Of a stretch of 64,000 nucleotides of DNA, positions 9,116 to 19,203 are shown one piece after another. Within the stretch, counting starts at the first letter, position 1; each line of letters starts with the position of its first letter. This DNA comes from Candidatus Latescibacterota bacterium (GTDB taxonomy: Bacteria > Latescibacterota > UBA2968 > UBA8231). Where the stretch lies: positions 3,680,001-3,744,000 of the forward strand of contig OZ241889.1 of NCBI GenBank assembly GCA_965203355.1, given 5' to 3'. The notes beneath the pieces were generated by a model. The model saw only the letters and a list, made by a program, of their open reading frames with translations. It ran no database searches and had not been told where the DNA came from. Both the position numbers and the translations under genes were made by a program.

Positions 9116-12097
9116 TCAGCGAACCAACGCCAGCTTGGCCGTTTGAACGGCACCTCCGGTTTGCAACACAGCCCAATACACGCCAGAAGCCGCCTCGGCT
9201 CCCGTCGCCGTGCGACCATCCCAACGCACCCGGTGCGCCCCCGCGTCCAGCCAGCCAGCGGCCAAGGTGCGAATGGATTGTCCCAGCAGATTATAGACAG
9301 CAAGCCGCACCACACCGGCCTCGGCCAGCGCAAAGGGAATGGTCACGGCCGCGTTGAACGGCGAGGGAAACGGATCGCCCAGACCCAAAAGCCGCCCCCC
9401 GGCCACGCGCTTAGCACTAAACGGCTTCCACAAGGCCACGTCTTTCAACTGCCAACGGGCAAAGGATGTGGCGCGATCTTGATTGATGATGTTGCGGAAC
9501 TCAAGGACGTTTTGACCGGGCTGGAGATATTTTGCATCGAGAACGAGATACCAAGTCCGCCAGCCCGCCCCAGCTCTGATCGTTTCATATCGCTGTTCGT
9601 TGAGGAAAATGACCAACTCGTCGTCGCTTATTTCCTTAGTCGAAAATTGACACAGGACATCGCGCTGGATCCCCGCAAAACCGAATTTGACGCTGTTGGG
9701 ATTCTTGCTAACCGCTGGCGGGCTGTACCCGAACAGTCCGCTGCTCGGCAGCGGCTCTATCCATTCGCTGCCAATCTCCACTTGCGCCGCCCCAGTGGCC
9801 CCATCGGCCACAAAAACCCGCACCCCACCACTGCGCGCCGCGGACGGAACGCGGACGACAATAACGCCGTTAGACCAAACCGCATAATCGTCGGCCTCGG
9901 CTCGTACATTGGGATTAAACAACACGTACCCGGCACCGCGCTCAGCACCAAAGTTGCCGCCGCTCAGCGTCAAGTACTCGCCAGCCTGTACTTGCGGGGG
10001 CGAAAGTTGCGCCAAGTACGGGCTGGCGATTTCCAAGCGGATGGCATTGCTGGTGCCTTCAGGCGTCTCGACGGTCACCTGGCCCGAGGGCGCGTTGATC
10101 GGCACGCGAAACCGTATCGTCTCATTCGACCAAGCCTCAAACGAAGACGCCGCAACCGAATCAATCCACACAGAACGGCTATCCCGTGCGAGACCAAAAT
10201 TGTCGCCGGCAATTTCGATGAGATCGCCGGTCTTAGCCCGCGCATCCATACGAGTGTGATTGGCAAGCGCTTCAATGTAAGGCGACGCAACAACCACTTG
10301 GGCGCTATCGAGGCCGACGCCAGTTATCACCTGCACGGCACCGGTGCGCGCGCCGGTCGGTACGCGCACTCGGATCTGCGAGTCGCTCCAAGCGAGATAG
10401 TCCGAATCGCTCGGCTCCTCGTCCGCGAAAAAGACCACTTTGCCCGTCCCCCTGACGGCCCCAAAACCTTGGCCGACGATGGTAACGGGGCGGCCGTATT
10501 GGACGCGGCCAGGTGAGACGCTGGCAATTTGCGGCGCCGGCACCGACAGCACGAGTTTGCCGTATCCGGTGCTGTCGTCCTTGCCCGCTGCGCCCACATC
10601 AACGGTGGCCTCGACCAGGGCCTGCCACAGCTCGTCGCGCGAGAGGGCCGGATTGGCCGACTTGAGCAGGGCAGCGGCACCAGCCACGTGAGGAGTCGCC
10701 GACGACGTTCCCCCAAACAACCGCTCCACCCCATAAGAAGCGGTTGTCACGCCCGAAGGCGCGACCAGATCGGGCTTGATGCGGCCATCGGCGGTGGGGC
10801 CGCGCGAGCTATAGCTTGCTAAGATGTTCAAATCCCATTGGTCCTGTTGGATCGCCCCAACGCTCAGCGAGCCGCGTGCGTCCGACGGAATCCCCAAGCT
10901 GCCAGCCGGAACCGGATATTCAATGTCGTGGTGCCAAGACCACACGCGCAGTTTTTTAGGCTCGGCCGCGCCGACGCGCACCACGGAAACCCCATACGTG
11001 CCCGCTCGCCCGGCAAAGTATTCGAGGAACTCCACTGGTGCTCCGCCATCCGCGCCCTGCACATCCGTGCTTTGGCTGGCTTTTGTAATGTTGCCAAACT
11101 CGTCTTGATGGTAGAGATATAAGTCGTAGTCCGCCGTGGAGATCGGCCAATCGTCCCAAGTCAGCGTCACCCTAATGGCGTTGCCGATCTCGACTGTATC
11201 GACAAAATTCACCATGTCGTCTCCAGCCGCGAAATCGTGCCGATTGTCGCCATCGCTGTCGCGCCAAAAACTCGCGTAGTGCTTTTGGGCGTAGTTGCCA
11301 ACGGCGTTGACCCACAAAATGCCGTGGTCGGCCGCGTCATTTACGATGTCGCAGATGATTCCGCGCCCATCCCCAAAGCCCTCGCCCACCCAAGTCGCCG
11401 AGTAGTTCACGATGGCCACTCGGTTTTGTATGCAGCGATCTTTGGCATTTTCTAAATCCACTATATCTCTTGTCTTGTACAAATAGAGCTCGGCTGCTGG
11501 GGCCACGTCGTAGATGATCTCAGCACACGCCGTGCCATGGGCGTCCGTGCCAGCGTAGATCCCCGCGCCCGTATAATCGCGGAACCACCGCCGCGCTGGC
11601 AGGTCTTCGGGCAAGTTGTCGGCTCCCTTAAATCCGCCGTCGATAATCGCCACCTTGACCCCTTGGCCCTTGGCGCCGACCGCGTGTTTTTCAAATGCGC
11701 GGATGCGCCCGGCACCTTCGCTAACGGTCTGTTGCGCGGACGGACGGCGCGGCTGGCGGACAAAGGCCACGCTCGGCAACTCGGACACCGCCCGCAGCGA
11801 GGCGGCCGGCACTGACACGCGCATCAAGCTCTTAGACCGGGCCAACACTTTGACGCCAAGGGCCGCAAACGACGCCGTGTCAATGGTGGCCGCCATACCG
11901 GCTGCGGGCACCAAAATGACGACCACATCTGAGCGAGTCGGCTTGGCTGCCGCGGGCGCGGCCAGCTCCCACAGCGCACTTTCTATGTTGGGAGGCCCCA
12001 CGGGTTTGGCGGGCGCGACATCGAGGTCTTGCCCCCATAAGGGCGCAGCAAAAAGGAAAAAAGCAAAGAGGAGGCGCACGGCGATCAGGGCTGGCAC
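9116..12097 (-). CDS. Second secreted S8 subtilase paralog with IPT/TIG repeats and FlgD-Ig/T9SS-like C-terminal domain
   Basis: IIDGG, HGTAC and FGGTSSATP motifs; signal peptide; same architecture as the neighbouring gene. Confidence 0.88.
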   Translation of the reverse strand: MPALIAVRLLFAFFLFAAPLWGQDLDVAPAKPVGPPNIESALWELAAPAAAKPTRSDVVVILVPAAGMAATIDTASFAALGVKVLARSKSLMRVSVPAASLRAVSELPSVAFVRQPRRPSAQQTVSEGAGRIRAFEKHAVGAKGQGVKVAIIDGGFKGADNLPEDLPARRWFRDYTGAGIYAGTDAHGTACAEIIYDVAPAAELYLYKTRDIVDLENAKDRCIQNRVAIVNYSATWVGEGFGDGRGIICDIVNDAADHGILWVNAVGNYAQKHYASFWRDSDGDNRHDFAAGDDMVNFVDTVEIGNAIRVTLTWDDWPISTADYDLYLYHQDEFGNITKASQSTDVQGADGGAPVEFLEYFAGRAGTYGVSVVRVGAAEPKKLRVWSWHHDIEYPVPAGSLGIPSDARGSLSVGAIQQDQWDLNILASYSSRGPTADGRIKPDLVAPSGVTTASYGVERLFGGTSSATPHVAGAAALLKSANPALSRDELWQALVEATVDVGAAGKDDSTGYGKLVLSVPAPQIASVSPGRVQYGRPVTIVGQGFGAVRGTGKVVFFADEEPSDSDYLAWSDSQIRVRVPTGARTGAVQVITGVGLDSAQVVVASPYIEALANHTRMDARAKTGDLIEIAGDNFGLARDSRSVWIDSVAASSFEAWSNETIRFRVPINAPSGQVTVETPEGTSNAIRLEIASPYLAQLSPPQVQAGEYLTLSGGNFGAERGAGYVLFNPNVRAEADDYAVWSNGVIVVRVPSAARSGGVRVFVADGATGAAQVEIGSEWIEPLPSSGLFGYSPPAVSKNPNSVKFGFAGIQRDVLCQFSTKEISDDELVIFLNEQRYETIRAGAGWRTWYLVLDAKYLQPGQNVLEFRNIINQDRATSFARWQLKDVALWKPFSAKRVAGGRLLGLGDPFPSPFNAAVTIPFALAEAGVVRLAVYNLLGQSIRTLAAGWLDAGAHRVRWDGRTATGAEAASGVYWAVLQTGGAVQTAKLALVR

Positions 12098-12199
12098 GCG
12101 GCTTCGCCGGTGCGGCCCAAGATCCGCTGGGACATGTCGCGGTGGTTCGTAGCAGCACGTGCGGTCGAGCGCTTGAGGAAGGGGCGGCGGGAGGAAGGT

Positions 12200-12987
12200 C
12201 TATCGTTCATTATATATAGTCTCCAGTACGTTGCCGCCGGTAATCAACTGCAACGCCGTCGCCAGCAACATCCCATACACCACCCGATTAAACCACACGT
12301 CGCTAAATCGCTGGAGCAAAAACACGCCCAGCTTCACCCCGGCGTACGCCAGTGGAGCCAACAGCAAAGTCGTCTTAAAAATGTCGGCGTGAAAAAGCCC
12401 CAAACCCCAATAGGGCGGCAGTTTGAGCAAGTTGAGCATGGCAAAAAAAATGGCCGTAGTGCCGACGAACACGCGGCGCGGTAGCTGCTGCGGCAGCAGG
12501 TAGATAACCACCGGCGGTGCCCCGGCGTGGGCGATCGTCGAGGTAAAGCCCGAGACCGCGCCCAGCAGCACACCAGCAATCGCCCCCGGACGCTGCCTTT
12601 GCACGGCCCCGACAATCGCCGCCCGCCCGAATTGGAAGGCGACAAACAACAAGGCCAAGCAACCCAAGCCCACCTCTAGAACGCGCTCGTGCTGACTGAA
12701 GTAGCCAAAAAAAAAGCCCCCACGCCGATACCCAAGGCGGAACCGGGGAGGAGCCATTGAACGCTCGTTTTGTCGAAGGTGCGGCGATAGTGTCGGACGG
12801 CAAACACATCGCAGGCAATCAACAGCGGCAACAATAGAGCCACTGCATCGGCGACCGAAACCGTCAGCGCCAAAAGCGGGGTGGCCAAAATCCCAATGCC
12901 GCCGCCAAAACCGGCCTTGGCCACCCCCATCAACAACACGGCCCCGACCGCGCAGACCCAGAATGCGGTCGGGTAGGGCGGCAGCAC
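12200..12987 (-). pseudogene. TauE/SafE (TSUP) sulfite exporter family permease split by a frameshift in a T9 run
   Basis: The N-half (GVAKAGFGGGIG, ORF 12676-12987) and C-half (SGFTSTIAHAGAPP, ORF 12200-12757) join in frame if A9 at 12707-12715 were A10. This may be a sequencing error. Confidence 0.75.
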
Positions 12988-13757
12988 TACTCGCCTTCTA
13001 CTTGGGTTACTTCAATATCCAAGTCCTCGCGATCGCGCACGTGCTCAACTTGGCCGTCCTTGACCCACACCACGCGGTCGGAGACACTGAGCATCTTGTG
13101 GTCGTGGGTAGCCGAAATGACGGTAACACCGGAGTGCTCGTTCATTTCTTTGAGCAATTCGATGATCTCGGTACCCGTGCGCAGGTCCAAGTTGCCGGTT
13201 GGCTCGTCGGCGAGGACGACGGCCGGGTCGTTGGCCAAGGCGCGGGCGACGGCCACGCGCTGCTGCTGGCCCCCGGACAGCTCGTAGGGCTTGTGCGAGT
13301 ACCGCTCGCCCAGGCCCACCTTGCCCAACAGTTCCATACCCTTGTCGCGGGCTTCGTCGCTGGTCAGGCCAGCAAACACCATCGGCAAGGTGACGTTTTC
13401 GAGCGCGGTCATCACCGGGATCAAGTTAAACGACTGGAAAATGTAGCCGATCTTGCGGCAGCGCAGCCAAGCGAGTTCATACGCGTCGAGCTGGGCGACA
13501 TCCACCTCGTCGATGTACACCTTGCCCTCCGAGGGCTTATCGAGACCGCCGACCATGTTGAAGAAGGTGCTCTTGCCCGAGCCTGAAGGCCCCATGATCG
13601 ACAGGTACTCGCCCGTGTAGATCTCCATATCGACCCCGCGCAGGGCGTGAACCTCAATCTCGCCCATCACGTACGTTTTCTTTACCTGCTGGGTCCGCAC
13701 TACCGTGCGTTTTTCCGCTTCTTGGACAGCGACCTCGCTGGGGGCGGTTTCGGTCAT
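12987..13757 (-). CDS. ABC transporter ATP-binding protein (LolD/MacB-like)
   Basis: GPSGSGKST, LSGGQQQRV, LADEPTGNLD and H-loop ATHD motifs. Confidence 0.93.
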   Translation of the reverse strand: MTETAPSEVAVQEAEKRTVVRTQQVKKTYVMGEIEVHALRGVDMEIYTGEYLSIMGPSGSGKSTFFNMVGGLDKPSEGKVYIDEVDVAQLDAYELAWLRCRKIGYIFQSFNLIPVMTALENVTLPMVFAGLTSDEARDKGMELLGKVGLGERYSHKPYELSGGQQQRVAVARALANDPAVVLADEPTGNLDLRTGTEIIELLKEMNEHSGVTVISATHDHKMLSVSDRVVWVKDGQVEHVRDREDLDIEVTQVEGE

Positions 13758-13778
13758 TGTAAGGTCTCCTCTAAGGAA

Positions 13779-14480
13779 TCAAGTGTCGGAGCGCATGGCT
13801 TCAACCGGCTCCATCTTGGCCGCGCGGTACGCTGGCAACATGGCGCCGACTAGCGAAAGCAAGGTCCCCACCACCAAGGCGTAACCAGCCGATTCGGCGA
13901 TGCCGCTCAGGGGAAAATAGGTGAACGTGTAACCGCCGTAATCGAGCAGAGCCAACCCCAGCGTCAGCGCAAAGCCAATGACGATCCCGGCCGACGTGCC
14001 CGCCAACCCCTGAAAGGTCGATTCGAGCAGGAAGAGCTTGACGATAAAAGTGTCCAAGGCCCCGAGGCACTTCATGGTGCCGATCTCGCGGAAGCGCTCG
14101 GTCACCGACATCAACATGGCGTTGGCAATGCCGACGACGCAGACTAAGAGCGAGAGACTGATGAGCCAAGTCTGCTTGGAGCGCTCTTCTTCCATGCGGG
14201 CCTTGGCCTCGGCGGAAGCGTCGCCGGCCTCAGCGATGCCGGTCTCAATGCCGTTTTTTTGCAACAGCAAGTTGATCTCGCTTTTATCCGCGTCCCGCAG
14301 GCTGCTGATGATTTCGTTGTTGCTCCACACCGACATTAAAAAGGCGATGGCCAAAATCACGCCGCTCGTGGTAATAAGCGAGCGGCCAAAGCGAATTTTC
14401 AGGCTGCGAAAACTAATTTCGACTGCTTTACTCATCGGCAGCACGATCTCCCGACCGCCTGCCAAACGCCTTTCAGACAT
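13779..14480 (-). CDS. FtsX-like ABC permease (short)
   Basis: GIANAMLMSVTERFREIGTMKCLGA and PAYRAAKMEPVEAMR motifs; adjacent to the ATPase. Confidence 0.88.
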   Translation of the reverse strand: MSERRLAGGREIVLPMSKAVEISFRSLKIRFGRSLITTSGVILAIAFLMSVWSNNEIISSLRDADKSEINLLLQKNGIETGIAEAGDASAEAKARMEEERSKQTWLISLSLLVCVVGIANAMLMSVTERFREIGTMKCLGALDTFIVKLFLLESTFQGLAGTSAGIVIGFALTLGLALLDYGGYTFTYFPLSGIAESAGYALVVGTLLSLVGAMLPAYRAAKMEPVEAMRSDT

Positions 14481-14537
14481 GGTTATTCTCCCAGCGTATG
14501 CTCGCGTTCACAATACGTAAATAAAGGTAAAAAATCG

Positions 14538-14585
14538 GTAGTGATACATTTTGAAATTGACCTTCACATTGAAAGGGTCGACTAC
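14538..14585. repeat. Family-A inverted-repeat element, short copy
   Basis: GTAGTGATACATTTTGAAATT...ACTAC shares its end with the copies at 15801, 20725 and 26157. Confidence 0.6.
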
Positions 14586-14600
14586 CAACGCACGGGGCGA

Positions 14601-15734
14601 TTACTCGCAGAAGGCCAGGCCGAGTTTGTCTAAATCATGGTTCGGTATCGCTTGCGCTTGCAAAACAGCCGGGATACACCCCGTCAACTGATTTTTTCGG
14701 AGTTTTAGGGTTTGCAGTTTTTCGAGTTTTCCCAGGGCGTCGGGAATCTTCCCGGTCAACTGGTTGCTGGTCAGTTTTAGGATTTGCAAGTTTTCGAGTT
14801 TTCCCAGGGCGTCGGGAATCGATCCCGTCAACCTGTTTTTGATGAGGTTTAAGCCCGTGACGCGGCCTTGGTCGTCGGTGGTTACGCCATGCCATTGGTT
14901 CAGCGGAGCATCGCTGTTCCAGCCGCGGCGCTTCTTCCAGCCATCGCCGCCCGTAGCCTGATAGAACGCGATCAGCGTGTCCCGATCCGAGTCATCGGTA
15001 ACAGAATCATCGGTGCCAGCCGAACAGGCGTCCAACCCGAGTTTGTCTAAATCATGGTTCGATATCGCTTGCAAAGCAACCGGGATACACCCCGTCAACT
15101 CGTTACTGGAGAGGAATAGCTCTTTCAGATTTTCGAGTTGGGCTAATGCTGCGGGAATCGCCCCCGTCAACTCGTTGTCGAAGAGGTATAGGCTGCTCAG
15201 GTTTTCGAGTTGGGCTAATGCTGCGGGAATCGCCCCCGTCAACTCGTTTCTGGAGAGGAATAGGCGTTCTAGGTTTTTGAGTTGGGCTAATTCTTTGGGA
15301 ATCGCCCCGGTCAAACCGTTGTCGAAGAGGTATAGCCATTTCAGATTTTTGAGTTGGGCTAATTCTTTGGGAATCGCCCCGGTCAAACCGTTGCTGAAGA
15401 GGTGTAGCCATTTCAGGTTTTTGAGTTGGGCTAATGCTGCGGGAATCGTCCCGGTCAAACCGTTGCCGCCGAGGTGTAACCAAATGACGCGGCCTTGGTC
15501 GTCGACTTTCACGCCATGCCACTGGTTCAGCGGAGCGTCACTGAGCCAGCCGGTGCGATCCTTCCAGTTGTCGCCGCCCGTAGCTTTATAGAACGCGATC
15601 AGTGCCGCCCGATCCGAGGAATTGTCGGTAACTTTACCGGCCGGTGCCAACGGGGACGAAGCGGGGCTTTCCGGCTGGCGATCTCCACAAGCAAAAAGCA
15701 ACGAGGCACCGATCAGGACGAATAGGCTGCGCAT
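14601..15734 (-). CDS. Leucine-rich-repeat lipoprotein (plant receptor-kinase-type 24-aa LRRs, two cap domains)
   Basis: Lipobox LFAC; repeats LxxLxxLxLxxNxLTGxIP; cap DRxxLIAFYxATGGDxW...WHGV occurs twice. Confidence 0.9.
   Translation of the reverse strand: MRSLFVLIGASLLFACGDRQPESPASSPLAPAGKVTDNSSDRAALIAFYKATGGDNWKDRTGWLSDAPLNQWHGVKVDDQGRVIWLHLGGNGLTGTIPAALAQLKNLKWLHLFSNGLTGAIPKELAQLKNLKWLYLFDNGLTGAIPKELAQLKNLERLFLSRNELTGAIPAALAQLENLSSLYLFDNELTGAIPAALAQLENLKELFLSSNELTGCIPVALQAISNHDLDKLGLDACSAGTDDSVTDDSDRDTLIAFYQATGGDGWKKRRGWNSDAPLNQWHGVTTDDQGRVTGLNLIKNRLTGSIPDALGKLENLQILKLTSNQLTGKIPDALGKLEKLQTLKLRKNQLTGCIPAVLQAQAIPNHDLDKLGLAFCE
15085..15480. repeat. 72-bp tandem repeats encoding LRRs
   Basis: GAGTTGGGCTAAT...GGGAATCGCCCC recurs every 72 bp. 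Confidence 0.9.
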
Positions 15735-15800
15735 GGCAAATCCTTTCTATTTCTATAATGAGAGAAGAGGCAGTATGCGTACTCGTGTAAGAATATAATA

Positions 15801-15897
15801 TAGTGATTCGTTTTGAGGTCTCAAGCAGTCTCGGTGCGTTTTCGGTATGCTATGTCATGGAGCTTGTTCGGCACCTCTACATTTCAAAATGTACCAC
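15801..15897. repeat. Family-A inverted-repeat element
   Basis: Left end TAGTGATTCGTTTTGA; right end TTTCAAAATGTACCAC (reverse complement GTGGTACATTTTGAAA). Confidence 0.65.
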
Positions 15898-15907
15898 GGC
15901 CAAAAAA

Positions 15908-17578
15908 TCAACACGGCCCCCTCAGCTCCACGAGCGGTAACGGCGCTGAGTCGTGTGCGCCGCGGTCGGCAACCAGCTCGGCAAAAGCGACCGGCACCAT
16001 GCTAACGCGCAAATCCCGCGCACCCGGCGACCGCACCGGCTGCGCTAAGAACGACGCCATGGCACTCGGAGTGAACACGAGGTGCTCAATGGCAAAGTCG
16101 TTTACTAACGCCTCGAGTTCGCCAACGTGGCCGATCACCGGGCGACCCGCCAGCGGGCCGGAGCCATCTCCCACCACGCCGATCAGATCGCCGTGGACCA
16201 TACCCGTGCGCTCCAACTGCTCGACGAAATGCACGGCAACCGCATCCGTTCCCACCAACAGGGTGCGCGACCGCCCCTCGCGGCCGCGCTGGTACCGGAA
16301 CCAACGCGCGGCCAAGCGCCAACCGGCGATCAGCAGCAAGTTGCAAAACCAAGCCGCGACCACCGCGAGCCGCGAGAAGTTGTACGCCTTAAAGAAAAAT
16401 ACCAGCATCGCGATGCAGGCAAACCCCAGCGTCACCCCAACTACCGACCACGCCACCGAGTAGCGGTGGCGGTCGTACAAGCCCGATGCGTAAAACGCCA
16501 ACAGCCAGACCAAGGTTGAAGCACCGTACACCGCAGCCCATTGCAAATCCGAATACGGCGGCGGTACCACCCAGCGCGTCGGTTGGGCATCGAGGCCCAG
16601 GAGATTGCCGACTTGCTCAATGCGGTAGATGAAAGGCACTAACTCTTGGTGGTAGCGCACCGCCAATCCGAGCTTCAAGCCACAGAGCACTAAGCCAGCG
16701 TCGATCAGCGGCATGGCCAAGGCGCGCCCCGCCCGGGCGCAGAGGCGGAACATTCCGTGTAGAGCAATGCCCACCTGCAAGAGCCACAGCGGGAAGAAGC
16801 GATAGCGCCGCGCCATGTGCTTGTTGACAAAAATCGACATGGCTTGGCTTTTGCGATAGAGAATTTTCAGCGGCGTCCCCCGGCCGCTCTCGCCGCGAAA
16901 GTGGAGGATCGAGGTCGTCGGCACGTAGTACATTTTCCAGCCAGCTTGGTGGAAGCGATAGCACCAGTCGATATCCTCGCCGTACATGAAGTAAGACTCG
17001 TCGAGCAGGCCGACTTGGTCCATGGCCGCCTTGCGCACCATCATGCAAGAGCCAGATAGCACCTCGACCTCGGCTGTCTGCTCGGGATCGAGATACGTCA
17101 TGTGGTAGTGGGCGATGAGCGGGTGCTTGGGAAAGAAGCGGCTCAAGCCCGACATCTTGCAGAAGGCAGCCAATGGCGTCGGAAAGCCTCGGCGGCTGTC
17201 GAGTTGCAAGGTGCCGTCCGGGTCGAGGATTTTGCACCCGCAGGCTCCGGCTTCCGGGTGCGCGTCCAAAAACGCTACCATCGTGCGCAACGCATCCTCG
17301 CGCACCAGGGTATCGGTGTTGATCAGCAGCGCGTATTCTCCCACTACCTGCCGCAAGGCCGCGTTGTTGCCAGCCGCAAAACCCACGTTGGCCGCGTTGC
17401 GGATCAGCTTCACGTGCGGGAACTCCTCGGCGACCATATCGGCGCTGCCATCGACCGAGGCATTGTCGACGACGAATATCTCCACCGCTAGCCCTTCGGC
17501 GGCCGCGAGCACAGAACGCAGGGCCTGTCGGGTCAAGTCGCGGGTATTGTAATTGAGGAAGACGATGCTCAGTCGCAC
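15908..17578 (-). CDS. GT2 glycosyltransferase (rhamnosyltransferase-like) fused to membrane and CoA-binding-like domains
   Basis: SIVFLNYN, VVDNASVDGS, NVGFAAGNN and FMYGEDIDW motifs. Probable GTG start at 17578; the ORF-track extension overlaps the upstream gene. Confidence 0.8.
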   Translation of the reverse strand: MRLSIVFLNYNTRDLTRQALRSVLAAAEGLAVEIFVVDNASVDGSADMVAEEFPHVKLIRNAANVGFAAGNNAALRQVVGEYALLINTDTLVREDALRTMVAFLDAHPEAGACGCKILDPDGTLQLDSRRGFPTPLAAFCKMSGLSRFFPKHPLIAHYHMTYLDPEQTAEVEVLSGSCMMVRKAAMDQVGLLDESYFMYGEDIDWCYRFHQAGWKMYYVPTTSILHFRGESGRGTPLKILYRKSQAMSIFVNKHMARRYRFFPLWLLQVGIALHGMFRLCARAGRALAMPLIDAGLVLCGLKLGLAVRYHQELVPFIYRIEQVGNLLGLDAQPTRWVVPPPYSDLQWAAVYGASTLVWLLAFYASGLYDRHRYSVAWSVVGVTLGFACIAMLVFFFKAYNFSRLAVVAAWFCNLLLIAGWRLAARWFRYQRGREGRSRTLLVGTDAVAVHFVEQLERTGMVHGDLIGVVGDGSGPLAGRPVIGHVGELEALVNDFAIEHLVFTPSAMASFLAQPVRSPGARDLRVSMVPVAFAELVADRGAHDSAPLPLVELRGPC

Positions 17579-18300
17579 GATCGAGCACCTCGGCGACGGC
17601 CCATCAGCTTGTAGCCGCTGAAGCAGAGAATCTGTTTGGCAAAAAGCAGATGCTCGCGCCAATCCAGCTTGCTGGCACTGAACTGGCGATTGCGGAAGAC
17701 AAAAGGCACGGACCGATGTTGCCGATAGCGGCCCTTGACCAAAATTTCGAGCAAAATTTTGTAGCCCGAGGACGTCAGCACTAAGTCCTGTATCACGGGG
17801 CGGCGCAGACAGAAATAACCCGATAGCGGGTCCTCCACCCCGGTTAACAAGCGCGCCGCGTTCACGCCGACTTGCGAAATCAGCTTGCGGTGCCAAGCCC
17901 ACTGTTCGACTCGGCTAGTCGCGCCAAAGCGACTGCCCATGACAATGTCGCATTCGCGCAGGCTGAGGACGAGTTCGGGCAAGACCGCCGGGTCGTGGCT
18001 CAAGTCGGCGTCTATCACTCCGAGGTGCGGTCGCGCCGACTGGGCAAAACCCGCCATCACCGCCGACCCCAAGCCGAGCTTGCCCGGCCGATGTATCACC
18101 TGCATGGGATAGTGGGCCTTCAGTGACTCGGCCACCTCACCGGTGCCGTCGGGCGAGTTGTCATCTACCACGATAAGCTCCAAGTCGATATCCGGCTCTC
18201 GACCGACGACCGCGAAGATCTCTTCGGCCAAGAGCGGCAGATTTTCCCGCTCGTTGTACGTGGGCGTCACCAGCGAAATTTGCACGGGGTCCATGAGCAT
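17569..18300 (-). CDS. Polyprenol monophosphomannose synthase-like GT2
   Basis: PTYNERENL, VVDDNSPDGT, KLGLGSA, DADLSH and DPLSGYF motifs. Confidence 0.88.
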   Translation of the reverse strand: MLMDPVQISLVTPTYNERENLPLLAEEIFAVVGREPDIDLELIVVDDNSPDGTGEVAESLKAHYPMQVIHRPGKLGLGSAVMAGFAQSARPHLGVIDADLSHDPAVLPELVLSLRECDIVMGSRFGATSRVEQWAWHRKLISQVGVNAARLLTGVEDPLSGYFCLRRPVIQDLVLTSSGYKILLEILVKGRYRQHRSVPFVFRNRQFSASKLDWREHLLFAKQILCFSGYKLMGRRRGARSCD

Positions 18301-18303
18301 AGG

Positions 18304-19203
18304 CTAGCGGGCAAATTGGGGAAAGTCGCGGCGAAAATGCCGAGCCGCGGCCAGGTGTTGTAGCCCCTCGACAAAGCTCATGGGTTGGCGACCGAGCACA
18401 GCTTCCAGCGCGTCGGTCCGCAAACCAGAGCGCAGCGGGCGCTTCGCTGGCAGCGCGACCGCACTGGTCGGCACCGGTTCGATCAACGCGCCGTCCATGC
18501 CAAAGAAACAGGCTATCTCCCGCGCCATCTCCCAGCGCGTCATAAAGGTCGCGCCGCCGACGTGGAGCAAGCCCCGCACCTCTCGACCGCACAGGGCCAC
18601 CAAAGCGCGGGCCAAATCGCAGATGTAGGTCGGATTGCCCCACTGATCGGCAAAAACCCGCAAGGGCTGGCCGCTAGACAGCCCATTCAGCACCCAAGTG
18701 AGAAAGTTAGACTCGACCTGCGGGCCATAGCCGTAGAGCCACAGGGTCCGCACGACTAGCACGCGCTCCATTTTTTGTAATACGCCCTCGCTTTCGAGCT
18801 TGAGTTGGCCGTAACAAGACAGCGGGTTGGCCGCGTCCCCTTCGCCGTAGGGGCCGCGCTCGCCGTCAAAGACGTAATCCGTGGAAAGGTGGACCAAGCC
18901 AGCACCCATCGCGTCGCAAGCCGCGGCCAAGTGCTCGGGAATATCGACGTTGGCCTGCCGCGCAGCCCGCCCATCTTTTTCGCAACCATCGACATCGGTC
19001 ATGGCCGCCGCGTTAATCACCCAATCGGGCGTTAGCTCGGCGACGAGTGCGGCCACAGCTTGGCGGTCGGCTAGATCGACTTGGCGATAGGGAATGCCCT
19101 CGGCCACCGGCCGACGGCCACAGCCCATCCACTCGGCTTCCCCGGCCAAGGAAAGCAGCGTACGGCCCAAAAAGCCAGTGGCACCTGTCACCAAAATTCT
19201 CAT
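18304..19203 (-). CDS. dTDP-4-dehydrorhamnose reductase family (RmlD)
   Basis: MRILVTGATGFLG, AAMTDVDGCE, STDYVFDG, YxxxK and DQWGNPT motifs; start trimmed to the ATG at 19203. Confidence 0.88.
   Translation of the reverse strand: MRILVTGATGFLGRTLLSLAGEAEWMGCGRRPVAEGIPYRQVDLADRQAVAALVAELTPDWVINAAAMTDVDGCEKDGRAARQANVDIPEHLAAACDAMGAGLVHLSTDYVFDGERGPYGEGDAANPLSCYGQLKLESEGVLQKMERVLVVRTLWLYGYGPQVESNFLTWVLNGLSSGQPLRVFADQWGNPTYICDLARALVALCGREVRGLLHVGGATFMTRWEMAREIACFFGMDGALIEPVPTSAVALPAKRPLRSGLRTDALEAVLGRQPMSFVEGLQHLAAARHFRRDFPQFAR

Noticed and set aside
9143-10516. Long opposite-strand ORFs (also 22301-23326, 37664-38566, 54617-55351 and others)
   Set aside because: Shadow frames of confident genes in high-GC DNA, with no recognisable motifs.
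17579-17902. N-terminal ORF-track extensions (also 19204-19467, 37492-37614, 49686-49814, 60745-60951, 61557-62054)
   Set aside because: They overlap well-supported neighbouring genes, and family motifs begin at the downstream starts.
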